The notes beneath the pieces were generated by a model, which worked only from the letters and a program-made list of their open reading frames with translations, was not told the DNA's origin and did not search any database. This document shows positions 8,537-16,691 of a stretch of DNA of 39,385 bases, in pieces (position 1 is the first letter of the stretch; every line of letters starts with the position of its first letter). Origin of the DNA: a virus (taxonomy: Duplodnaviria; Caudoviricetes). Made by a program: the position numbers and the translations under genes. The stretch spans positions 1 through 39,385 of the IMG/VR virus record IMGVR_UViG_3300012987_000003, one strand, 5' to 3'.

Positions 8537-8579
8537 GTGTTTTTAGGGTACCAGTTTCAAAACTCGTAGCCCTAAACGC

Positions 8580-8608
8580 TTGCAGGTTTGAAAACTGCGT
8601 TGTATAAT
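8580..8608 (+). promoter_or_regulatory. Rightward divergent promoter (leaderless transcript likely)
   Basis: TTGCAG-17 nt-TATAAT, with 6 nt between the -10 box and ATG 8615. Confidence 0.75.
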
Positions 8609-8614
8609 CTTACT

Positions 8615-8881
8615 ATGACAATGACCATGAAGCAAAAGAACGATAAGATTGCAGATGAATTGCGCGAGATGTCCACGGCCATGGGTTTCGATGGGGCCAG
8701 CGCTTTGCTCACCCGCTTACGCGCTGCGTACCGGAACGGTGAAAGCGTATTGATTATGTTCGGTGATGCGTCTAGTGCTTGTACGGGATCGTATGCGATT
8801 CCGCTGCGCCAGCCCGCCCCCGACCAGCCCGCGCCAGCCGATACGAGACGGATTGTGGATGTTATGGAGCGTGCAGGGTAA
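8615..8881 (+). CDS. Small regulator candidate (ribbon-helix-helix-like)
   Basis: MTMTMKQ strand then KIADELREMSTAMG and GASALLTRL helices; first gene at the divergent control region. Confidence 0.5.
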   Translation: MTMTMKQKNDKIADELREMSTAMGFDGASALLTRLRAAYRNGESVLIMFGDASSACTGSYAIPLRQPAPDQPAPADTRRIVDVMERAG

Positions 8882-8883
8882 AC

Positions 8884-9049
8884 TGGCAGGTAAGTGTCTT
8901 TTTGAGGGCGGGCAGCCGTGAAAATCGGAGCCGGGCACAGGGTAGCGTTAGGTGGTTGCCAACGTAGAGTAGTGTCCTAACAAGGCCTGACCAGCCAGCG
9001 TGAGAACCGCTTTAGAGTTCTCCGCCCCCAGAAAGATACTTACCCACCA
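8884..9049 (+). ncRNA. Structured ncRNA candidate of unknown family (~166 nt)
   Basis: Closing stem 8889-8912/9021-9044 (23 of 24 positions paired, 3 G-U on the + strand); inner hairpins with loops UGAAAAU and UGAGAAC; central arm gttagg/cctaac. Confidence 0.7.
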
Positions 9050-9167
9050 TATCGATGAATACCCCGTAACTACGGGTTGAAGATTGGCGCGCCGGGACTG
9101 CTCGGCTAGGTGCTATCCGCCGAATGGCAAGTGCTGAACTGGTAGCGGTTCAGCGACGGGAGAGATT

Positions 9168-9431
9168 ATGACGGTATTCGTAGATGATGCAAAAAATCCA
9201 TTTGGACGCATGATTATGTGCCACATGCGAGCGGATACTTTGGATGAGCTTCACGCGATGGCTGTGAAAATCGGTGTCTCGCGTCGTCATTTTCAGGATC
9301 ATCCACGTCACCCGCACTATGATATATGCAAGTCGAAGCGAGAAATGGCTATAGATAAATTTGGTGCAAAGTCCGTTACTGGCGTTGAGATGGTGCGATA
9401 TTTTGATGGATGGAGAGAAAAGCATGGATAA
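9168..9431 (+). CDS. DUF4031 family protein
   Basis: VFVDD...CHMRADTLDELHAMA...HFQ...HYDI motif. Confidence 0.85.
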   Translation: MTVFVDDAKNPFGRMIMCHMRADTLDELHAMAVKIGVSRRHFQDHPRHPHYDICKSKREMAIDKFGAKSVTGVEMVRYFDGWREKHG

Positions 9432-9684
9432 CCTAACCGACGCTTTCGATGCGCTGAAATTATTCATCCGCGCCGAGTTTCTCGCCAATCGTCCGTATAA
9501 CTTCGCACTCGAATCGGTGATTGAGCAGCGCGAAGGCGTTCAAACGATCTTGTTCCGCGCTAAACTGTGGCGCGGCATGGCTCTGGATGGTGAAGTATTT
9601 TACGCGCTGGACATTGATCCAGCCGTAGCGGTTCGGCGCATGTTGAATAGTGCGTTGATGGCGATAGTGGGGGCGCGGGAATGA
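9424..9684 (+). CDS. Hypothetical protein
   Basis: ATG 9424 with GGAG RBS; overlapping chain. Confidence 0.6.
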   Translation: MDNLTDAFDALKLFIRAEFLANRPYNFALESVIEQREGVQTILFRAKLWRGMALDGEVFYALDIDPAVAVRRMLNSALMAIVGARE

Positions 9685-9869
9685 GCGATGAAGTAGCGCG
9701 TCTCATTGAGAGCGGATGCAAGCGCAAGAAACCTTACGCCACGCTGGAACAGGCAGAGAAGGCCATCCGCCGCATCAAAAAGCATGATCTTTACGACGGT
9801 CGAGATTTGCACGCTTACAAGTGCATCTTTTGCGAGTGGTTCCATTTTGCGCATACCAAAGGGAAATAA
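9681..9869 (+). CDS. Small Zn-binding protein
   Basis: CKRKKPY...AYKCIFCEWFHFAH. Confidence 0.7.
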   Translation: MSDEVARLIESGCKRKKPYATLEQAEKAIRRIKKHDLYDGRDLHAYKCIFCEWFHFAHTKGK

Positions 9870-10243
9870 TGCAACCATTACGAAGCAAGACTGACAAAGC
9901 GCAGATGTTTTACGACGCATGGCGGCTATATTCCGGCTGCGACATTATGCCTGTTGCTGAGTATAAGTTTGCCAGCGCAGTAGGATATATTGACACAAGC
10001 GGAAAGCCGCGCCGCCGAAACTATCGTTTTGATTACGTATTCGTTGATGAGCGGGTAGCTGTCGAAGTGGACGGCGGGCAGTTCGCCCCAGGTGGGGGCC
10101 GACACGCAACGGATAAAGATCGTGAAAAACAAAACTGCGCTGCAATGCTGAGTTATTCAGTGTTTCACTTTTCCCCGAAGATGTTGACGAATGATCCGCT
10201 GCATTGCGTTGAGCAAGTACGAATGGCGGTAATTGGCAGATGA
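9869..10243 (+). CDS. PD-(D/E)xK endonuclease (DUF559/Vsr-like)
   Basis: EYKF...YRFDY...VAVEVDGG...RH...DREKQN motif; TAATG coupling. Confidence 0.85.
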   Translation: MQPLRSKTDKAQMFYDAWRLYSGCDIMPVAEYKFASAVGYIDTSGKPRRRNYRFDYVFVDERVAVEVDGGQFAPGGGRHATDKDREKQNCAAMLSYSVFHFSPKMLTNDPLHCVEQVRMAVIGR

Positions 10244-10479
10244 CCGAATCTGAACGCAAGAAATTATCAGAACTTATAGCCGAAATGATTGAGCACGCAC
10301 GGCAGGAAGAGCGTGCTTACAGGCTGCGCTACTTCGCTATTGCAATGTCGTCGTATATCACCGCGTACCCTGTCGCTTATTTGCGCGTGGTGTGTGCGTA
10401 TGGAACGGAAAGGCGCGGGGCGAAGGTGGACATTCTGACGACGACCAGCGCAGCGCCGGGCGGATGGGAGAGACGATGA
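10240..10479 (+). CDS. Hypothetical protein
   Basis: ATGA coupling. Confidence 0.5.
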   Translation: MTESERKKLSELIAEMIEHARQEERAYRLRYFAIAMSSYITAYPVAYLRVVCAYGTERRGAKVDILTTTSAAPGGWERR

Positions 10480-10652
10480 CAAAAGTTGTTATTTTCGACA
10501 AAGACGGCAATCGGATAATCAGACTGCGCTTTACGCTTAGGCGGAATGGTACACCTTGGCGTCGCGCCTGGGGAAAGCGCGGCAATCCAACTCGCAACCC
10601 AGCGGGGCGGGCAAGGTACGAACGGAGATATGCAAATGCAGCAAAGCGATGA
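10476..10652 (+). CDS. Arg-rich small protein
   Basis: ATG 10476 coupled; very basic. Confidence 0.5.
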   Translation: MTKVVIFDKDGNRIIRLRFTLRRNGTPWRRAWGKRGNPTRNPAGRARYERRYANAAKR

Positions 10653-10857
10653 TTTGCGCGTTGTGGTAGATGGCAAAGAAGTACCGCGCTGGGTGTCAAC
10701 GCCTGGGCCGCTGACACTCGGGGAGCCGCGTCATACCGTGCACTTCTTTATTCCGCGCTATGGGGCTACACCCCAGCGCCGACCTGACCCAATGAGCATG
10801 GCGCAGATACGGGCCGCGTTGAAGCGGTTGCCGGGGAGCGTGGCTAAAATTCAGTAG
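10630..10857 (+). CDS. Hypothetical protein
   Basis: GGAG RBS before ATG 10630. Confidence 0.5.
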   Translation: MQMQQSDDLRVVVDGKEVPRWVSTPGPLTLGEPRHTVHFFIPRYGATPQRRPDPMSMAQIRAALKRLPGSVAKIQ

Positions 10858-10886
10858 TTGAATATTGGATTGATAGTGTGTATAAT
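10858..10886 (+). promoter_or_regulatory. Promoter of the packaging operon (leaderless likely)
   Basis: TTGAAT-17 nt-TATAAT, with 6 nt between the -10 box and ATG 10893. Confidence 0.75.
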
Positions 10887-10892
10887 GGGGAT

Positions 10893-11195
10893 ATGTCAGA
10901 CGATGCTGCAATTCGATTTCAGGCGCAAATATTCAAAATCGGAACGCTGATTGACGGCGGCTTGCGTCTGACACTCGACTTGTCCGCTGCCGATTCGTCT
11001 GTAATTGTTGCGCTGTTTGACGCAAAGCAGCCGGGCGTATTGCTCGAAGTGGCGGCGGTTGCGGTGGATACAAGTAAGAAAACTTTGACGGACTTAGACG
11101 ATGAAGCTAAACAAACAACAAAAGGAAATGATAGTTCAATGGGTGGGGGAAGACGTTCAATCAGACGAAATGAACAAGCGGGCGGCGGCGTGTAA
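10893..11195 (+). CDS. Hypothetical protein upstream of the terminase
   Basis: FQAQIFKIGTLIDGGLRLTLDL; low-complexity tail overlaps the next gene by 95 nt. Confidence 0.65.
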   Translation: MSDDAAIRFQAQIFKIGTLIDGGLRLTLDLSAADSSVIVALFDAKQPGVLLEVAAVAVDTSKKTLTDLDDEAKQTTKGNDSSMGGGRRSIRRNEQAGGGV

Positions 11196-11628
11196 ACCGC
11201 CGTTTTTTGTTACCCGTCAGCAAGTGGACTGGTACCGAAAGCACAACGGTGTCAGGTTGAATGCTATTATCGCCGCTGACCAAGAAAGCGCGTTGACTAC
11301 TGGATACGCAGTTAAAGAAACTCGCGTTAGAAAACTAAATGAATTAGCCGAGCGTATAGAGCAAAGCGTCATTGATCGCTTATGGGTTCCTGATGTCAAG
11401 GGCGTTGGCAGTGGTGAGGCGGCGCAGATCGTGGACTTTGAGTATTTCAACAAAGCGGGCGTTGACGCCTATCGCGGTGTGCTTGATGACATCGCCGCCG
11501 AAGTGGGCGGGCGCGTCAAGAACGTTGACGTGAAGAGTGGCGGCGAGAAAATTGTATCTCCTGAAACGCTCAAACCATCCGAAATAGCCGAGCGCGTAGC
11601 GGCTTTGCTGGTTGCAAAAGGTAAATAG
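11101..11628 (+). CDS. terS: Putative terminase small subunit
   Basis: N-terminal HTH-like segment, helical core, C-terminal VDVKSGGEKI motif; directly upstream of TerL. Confidence 0.7.
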   Translation: MKLNKQQKEMIVQWVGEDVQSDEMNKRAAACKPPFFVTRQQVDWYRKHNGVRLNAIIAADQESALTTGYAVKETRVRKLNELAERIEQSVIDRLWVPDVKGVGSGEAAQIVDFEYFNKAGVDAYRGVLDDIAAEVGGRVKNVDVKSGGEKIVSPETLKPSEIAERVAALLVAKGK

Positions 11629-12989
11629 TGGCAACGCTTACGCCAGATCAAGAGATAGCCGAACTTCTGAAATACGACCCGCCCTATAAATGGCGTGGTG
11701 GCAATAAGGCGCTGATAGAAAGCAGGGAGCCGGAAGTGATGCTATCCGGCCCGGCTGAGACTGGCAAGAGCTATGCGGCCTGCTACAAGTCGCACATGGC
11801 TTGCCGTGAGTACTCAGGTTCACAGGGCGCTTTGCTTCGCAAGGTTGCCAATACTGTAGCGCCCACCATCCTAAAAACCATGAAGCGGGTAATAGGCGAC
11901 TTTCCGGTAAATTACTATGGCGGGGAAGAATCTCCAGTGAAGATAATCTATCCGAACGGCTCTGCTATCTGGATAGGTGGCATTGACAATCCTGGTAAGG
12001 CGCTTTCAGCAGAGCGTGATTTTATACAGGTATGTCAGGCCGAAGAACTTTCCTTGAATGATTGGGAAGTGATGAGCACGCGCACGACTGGACGCGGAGC
12101 CGTCATGCCATATACGCAACTTTATGGTGATTGCAACCCTGGCGGCGCGAAGCACTTTTTACTCACCCGTGAACGTGTGCGGCTACTGAAAAGCACGCAC
12201 CGCGATAACCCAACGCTATACGACGACGATGGAAACATCACCGAACAGGGCAAGCGCAGCATGGCAACACTGGATGCTCTGACAGGGTTCCGTCGCAAGC
12301 GTCTCCGTGACGGTTTATGGAATACGGTCGAGGGCGCTGTATACGAAGAATTTGACACGCAGGTACACGTAATTGAGCGCAGTAAACTCCCACCGTTCAT
12401 TCGCCGCTTTCGTGTCGTTGACTTCGGCTACACAAACCCGTTTGTGTGCCAATGGTGGGGCATGGATAACGACGGGCGGCTATACCTATACCGCGAAATT
12501 TACCAGACAAAGCGACTGGTTGAAGACCTGACGAAAGAAATTATCAAGCTAACGGGCGATGAGTATATCGAGTTTACTCTTGCCGACCATGATGCAGAAG
12601 ACCGTGCTACTATGGCGAAGCATGGTATAAATACGATTGCGGCGAGGAAAGATGTATCACCCGGTATCCAGGCTGTGCAAACCCGTATGAAAGTTTTGGA
12701 AGACGGCAAGTCGCGTATTTATTACGTGCGTGACGCGCTGGTGCAGGTAGATCAATACCTGTTAGACGCGCACAAGCCGACATGCACGATTGACGAAACG
12801 CCCGATTACGTTTGGCAGAAGACACAGGACGGCAGGCCAAACAAAGAAGAGCCAGTCAAAGAAGGCGATCACGGGCAAGATGCAGAGCGGTATCTTATCT
12901 ATTTCTTGGACGGCGTTGGCGTTGGCGTTGATTGGTCAGACGCCGCCGACTTGGGCCACGTCGAAGATTACAGTAACAAATGGGCGTAA
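11628..12989 (+). CDS. terL: Terminase large subunit (PBSX-like)
   Basis: Walker A GPAETGKS, DCNPG coupling motif, nuclease VDFGYTNP and DHGQDAERY. Confidence 0.95.
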   Translation: MATLTPDQEIAELLKYDPPYKWRGGNKALIESREPEVMLSGPAETGKSYAACYKSHMACREYSGSQGALLRKVANTVAPTILKTMKRVIGDFPVNYYGGEESPVKIIYPNGSAIWIGGIDNPGKALSAERDFIQVCQAEELSLNDWEVMSTRTTGRGAVMPYTQLYGDCNPGGAKHFLLTRERVRLLKSTHRDNPTLYDDDGNITEQGKRSMATLDALTGFRRKRLRDGLWNTVEGAVYEEFDTQVHVIERSKLPPFIRRFRVVDFGYTNPFVCQWWGMDNDGRLYLYREIYQTKRLVEDLTKEIIKLTGDEYIEFTLADHDAEDRATMAKHGINTIAARKDVSPGIQAVQTRMKVLEDGKSRIYYVRDALVQVDQYLLDAHKPTCTIDETPDYVWQKTQDGRPNKEEPVKEGDHGQDAERYLIYFLDGVGVGVDWSDAADLGHVEDYSNKWA

Positions 12990-13026
12990 GCCGTGCTACA
13001 ATAGCAAGAAAAAGGAGTAATCTAAA

Positions 13027-13527
13027 ATGTCAGATACTATTTTATACATGGGCGATGGAATGCCGATCAAAGCCGTTGACAATGGCGACGGCACTTTTAG
13101 CCTTTCCGTTGCATCGTCCGTAGTGACCGCTGGCGATATTCCGCTGGGGCAGGCGGCTAAAGCAGGTTCTTTGCCCGTTGTGCCAGCGTCTGACTATTAC
13201 CCCAACCCAGTGAGCGGAACACTCGTCAATTCGGCAGCTTATGAAGCTAGTCATATTCTAAAAAACTCCCCTGGCACCCTGATTACTATATTCGGTTACA
13301 ACTCGGGCGGGGCGCAATTTATCCAACTGCACAACAGCGCGACATTGCCAGCCGAAGGCGCTGCGCCCGTTGCTGTTATTCCCGTTGCTGCTGCAAGTAG
13401 GTTTGAAATTACTATCCCCGTTTCGGGTATCCCGTTCACAACTGGTATCGTCGTCTGCAACTCCAGCACCGGCCCTACCAAAACAATTGGCAGCGCTGAT
13501 TGCTACTTTACCGCAGTCCGCATCTAA
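13027..13527 (+). CDS. Hypothetical beta-rich protein between TerL and portal
   Basis: AAGGAG RBS; upstream TGcTACAAT extended -10 candidate. Confidence 0.75.
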   Translation: MSDTILYMGDGMPIKAVDNGDGTFSLSVASSVVTAGDIPLGQAAKAGSLPVVPASDYYPNPVSGTLVNSAAYEASHILKNSPGTLITIFGYNSGGAQFIQLHNSATLPAEGAAPVAVIPVAAASRFEITIPVSGIPFTTGIVVCNSSTGPTKTIGSADCYFTAVRI

Positions 13528-13530
13528 TCC

Positions 13531-15066
13531 ATGTCAACCCCACGTAAACGCCACTCCCAAGCAAAGCCCGTTGAATTGGCTGCACAACCTACACAGCCAG
13601 TAGAAACGCGCATCCTGCTCAACGATCCAGAAAAGGGAACAAGCGGACTAAAAGAATACGGCGGGTTTGTTAGCGAGGCCTACAACGCTTCGCTGTTCTA
13701 TCCCGGCGTATCTACCCTGTACCATCGGTTGCGCACGTCCTGCCCTGAAATGGTAATGGTTGGGCGGGCATTTACGGCGTGGGCGCGAAACGTAGAACCA
13801 CAGGTTGATCTGCCCGAAAAACCATCTGACGACGACAAGCGCTATCAAGATTTTGTCTTAAGTGATTTCGGCAACATGGAGGGCGGCTTCGGGCAGTATT
13901 TGGAAACAGTTGTCGGGCGTGCGCCGTTTGACGGTTTTACATGGATGAGCGCCGTACCTGCCTTACGTGATCCATCGTGGGTACCGCCTGCGTACGTTGT
14001 TTCGGCTAACGAAACGGAGCCGGACGAATGGCGATCAGAAGCAAAAGACGGGCTAATCGGCATTCGTCGGCTGGCCTACCGCGATAGCTCCACGTTGTAC
14101 CATTGGGACATAAACCACCAAAAACGTTTACGCGGCTTCGTGCAACAAGATTTCCCGTATCCGCAAATCACCCTGCCACTAGACCAGTCTTTGCATCACC
14201 AATTTGGCGACCCGTCCAACCCAGAAGGCAACAGCCCACTGCAAGCCGTCTGGCGTCTGGAGCGCATCAAGTACGGGCTTGAAGTCATTCAGGGTATCGG
14301 CTTCGAGCACGCAGCGGGATACCTGAACGCCACGAAGACCGAGACAGGCACCATCTCGAACGATGACAAGCGCAATGTGAAAGACGCAGCCCGCGCCATT
14401 CTGACGGCGCAAGAAGGCAACTACGCTTTCTGGCCCTTCGGTATCACCGGCAAGGTTGAAGACGTTCCCTTTGGCGCGGCTCCTTCCCTTCTCGAAGCAA
14501 TCAAGCACTACAGCGTGCTCATGCTCTCTGTCTACATGATGCAATTCATTGCACTAAATACGATGACCAACACAGGGGCGCAGGCTTCGCAGGTTGACAG
14601 TACAAACATGGGCATATTCACATTCAACTCTATGCTGGATGGATTTGCGAAGCAATATGACGACCAGATCGGCAAGCGGCTTTACAAGTGGAACAAAAAT
14701 TCATTCCCCGGCTTGACCGCACGACCCAAGATTACATTCTCGCACGTCAAAAACAACTTAGCTATGCAGGAGTTAGGCGGCTTCCTTACCGCGCTTAACG
14801 GTATTATCCCGCTCGGCCCCGACGACATCAAAGCAATTCGCAAAGAGTCAGGCTGGATGCCCGAGAACGGGCCGAAGCCTGGCGACGAAATCAAGCCGAC
14901 TACACAACCCGCGCAGCAACCAGCCGACAACGTGCCGCAAGTCGGCCCCGATGGAATACCAATGCAGCCTGACCAGTTGACACCGGACAAGCAGGCGCAG
15001 CTTACATACAATGCCGTGCGGTCGCAATTGCGTGTGTGGCGGCGCGGGGAAGCGGTGGAGCTATGA
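13531..15066 (+). CDS. Portal protein (Mu gp29/DUF935-like)
   Basis: 511 aa after TerL; NPEGNSPLQAVW motif. Confidence 0.85.
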   Translation: MSTPRKRHSQAKPVELAAQPTQPVETRILLNDPEKGTSGLKEYGGFVSEAYNASLFYPGVSTLYHRLRTSCPEMVMVGRAFTAWARNVEPQVDLPEKPSDDDKRYQDFVLSDFGNMEGGFGQYLETVVGRAPFDGFTWMSAVPALRDPSWVPPAYVVSANETEPDEWRSEAKDGLIGIRRLAYRDSSTLYHWDINHQKRLRGFVQQDFPYPQITLPLDQSLHHQFGDPSNPEGNSPLQAVWRLERIKYGLEVIQGIGFEHAAGYLNATKTETGTISNDDKRNVKDAARAILTAQEGNYAFWPFGITGKVEDVPFGAAPSLLEAIKHYSVLMLSVYMMQFIALNTMTNTGAQASQVDSTNMGIFTFNSMLDGFAKQYDDQIGKRLYKWNKNSFPGLTARPKITFSHVKNNLAMQELGGFLTALNGIIPLGPDDIKAIRKESGWMPENGPKPGDEIKPTTQPAQQPADNVPQVGPDGIPMQPDQLTPDKQAQLTYNAVRSQLRVWRRGEAVEL

Positions 15067-15296
15067 GCGATTTTATTCTCAACATTACGTTCCTTGTCTC
15101 TGACGCGCTGAAATATGCGCAGAGAAATACAAGAGCGTTCTTTTTCGTTCGTGGCATTGGTAGAGATTTCAAGAAATTTCGCGAAATAAAATCTTCCGCA
15201 GATCAAAACGCATTCCTTTGTGAAAAATTCGGTGTTCACGGCTGGGATGTGTTCGCGGAGTGGCAGTATCGCACGGCGCACGGAAAAAATGGGTAA
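15063..15296 (+). CDS. Small hypothetical protein inserted in the head module
   Basis: ATGA coupling to the portal stop. Confidence 0.55.
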   Translation: MSDFILNITFLVSDALKYAQRNTRAFFFVRGIGRDFKKFREIKSSADQNAFLCEKFGVHGWDVFAEWQYRTAHGKNG

Positions 15297-15909
15297 TATA
15301 ATTCAACTATCCATCGGCGACTACGCCGCCATCCGCAACGACTACCGCTCCACGCTGTACTCTGAGATTGGCAGCTACTTAGCTGGCTCGGGCAGCGTGG
15401 CGAAATATAAAAACGCCGTCCATCTGGCGGTCAATACCGCGTTTACGAGCGCGTCAGATATGGGCTATGTTGACGGCGGCGGAAAACTGCCGACTGATAA
15501 AGACACAAACGACTGGCTAAACGGGCGCGTGGCGTCTGAGTTTGCAAATGTAGACGCGCTGTTTACGCAACTATCCGCGCTGCGAAAAGACCCTGAGTTT
15601 GACAAGTCCGAAGCCAGCAACATTGCCATGACCCGCGCCGATGGGTACACCGCTACACTGGACGGGATTTACAACGAGTCGAAGGTGCGCGGCGCTGGAA
15701 ATATGATGCTGGCGTTTGGCGGCGAAGACGGGCACACGAAAGGATTCCCGTGTCGCACCTGCCGAAAATTGAAGGGGCAGCGCCATCGTGCAAGTTGGTG
15801 GATCAATCGCGGATTGATACCGTATCCAGGTAACGACAACTACGAATGCAAAACTTTTCAATGCAAGCATTTTCTTTATACGGATAAAGGGGATTTATTT
15901 ACGATATGA
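15289..15909 (+). CDS. MuF-like minor head protein
   Basis: After the portal; C-terminal CRTC...ECKTFQCKH motif. Confidence 0.65.
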   Translation: MGNIIQLSIGDYAAIRNDYRSTLYSEIGSYLAGSGSVAKYKNAVHLAVNTAFTSASDMGYVDGGGKLPTDKDTNDWLNGRVASEFANVDALFTQLSALRKDPEFDKSEASNIAMTRADGYTATLDGIYNESKVRGAGNMMLAFGGEDGHTKGFPCRTCRKLKGQRHRASWWINRGLIPYPGNDNYECKTFQCKHFLYTDKGDLFTI

Positions 15910-16397
15910 GCCCCATCTCCGTAACTGTCACCAATCCCCAGGGGCCCCGCGCCCTGTTCGCACGCATCGAACGCGAGACAATCCCCGCTGCAACCGAAGC
16001 CGCAGCCGACTATCTAATCGGCAACGAGCAGCACGGGCTAAAGCACCTTGCGCCCTACAAATACGTTTCGCGTCAGTCGGCTTATAGCAAGACGTTTTTT
16101 ACAGACAAGCAGCGTCGCTGGTTCTGGGCACAAGTGAAGGACGGAAATATACAATTCCCTATCCATTACCAGCGCACAGGCGAAATAGCGGCAGGCTGGC
16201 AGAATTCAGGGAGCGGGAACAAATTCCAGATCATCAACCGCGTGCCCGGCGTATCTCGTGTGATGGGCGATACATTGCAAGCGCGTCAACCCGCGAAGGT
16301 TGGGCACCGCAAAGTATCAGAAGTCATTGCAAATAATTTTAACGGCATGATCCGCGCCGCACAGCAAGCGGTTGCGCGTGTTTTGAAGGGTAGATAA
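15906..16397 (+). CDS. Virion morphogenesis/neck protein (Mu gpG-like)
   Basis: KQRRWFWA and YQRTG motifs; synteny. Confidence 0.55.
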   Translation: MSPISVTVTNPQGPRALFARIERETIPAATEAAADYLIGNEQHGLKHLAPYKYVSRQSAYSKTFFTDKQRRWFWAQVKDGNIQFPIHYQRTGEIAAGWQNSGSGNKFQIINRVPGVSRVMGDTLQARQPAKVGHRKVSEVIANNFNGMIRAAQQAVARVLKGR

Positions 16398-16561
16398 TGA
16401 CAGACAGAGAGCACGCCATAGACTATCGCCGTCAATTATTGCGCATCGTTGACCAGATTGAGCGAGATTACAATCTTGGAAAATATACAGACGAAACGAT
16501 ACGCGAATCTGATAAGAATGAAATAAAAATACCATTTGACATACGCGCCGAAAAGGTGTAG
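16397..16561 (+). CDS. 54-aa hypothetical protein (not in the ORF track)
   Basis: TAATG coupling; MTDREHAIDYRRQLLRIVDQIERDYNLG...; its 3' end contains the head-operon promoter. Confidence 0.55.
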   Translation: MTDREHAIDYRRQLLRIVDQIERDYNLGKYTDETIRESDKNEIKIPFDIRAEKV

Positions 16562-16564
16562 TAT
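16536..16564 (+). promoter_or_regulatory. Promoter of the capsid operon
   Basis: TTGACA-17 nt-TAGTAT. Confidence 0.75.
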
Positions 16565-16618
16565 ATAAGTACATAGCGGCTACGGTTCGCCGTCCCCGCA
16601 AAAGTAAATGGCTTGCCT

Positions 16619-16675
16619 AACGGCCCGCCTTGCGCCTCTCGTAACGAGAGCGTGAGGCGGGCCGTTTTCGTTTTT
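16619..16675 (+). terminator. Terminator-like long hairpin in the capsid operon leader
   Basis: aacggcccgccttgcgc/gcgtgaggcgggccgtt with inner ctctcg/cgagag, followed by ttcgttttt. Confidence 0.7.
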
Positions 16676-16691
16676 ACCCACAGGATGAGCA

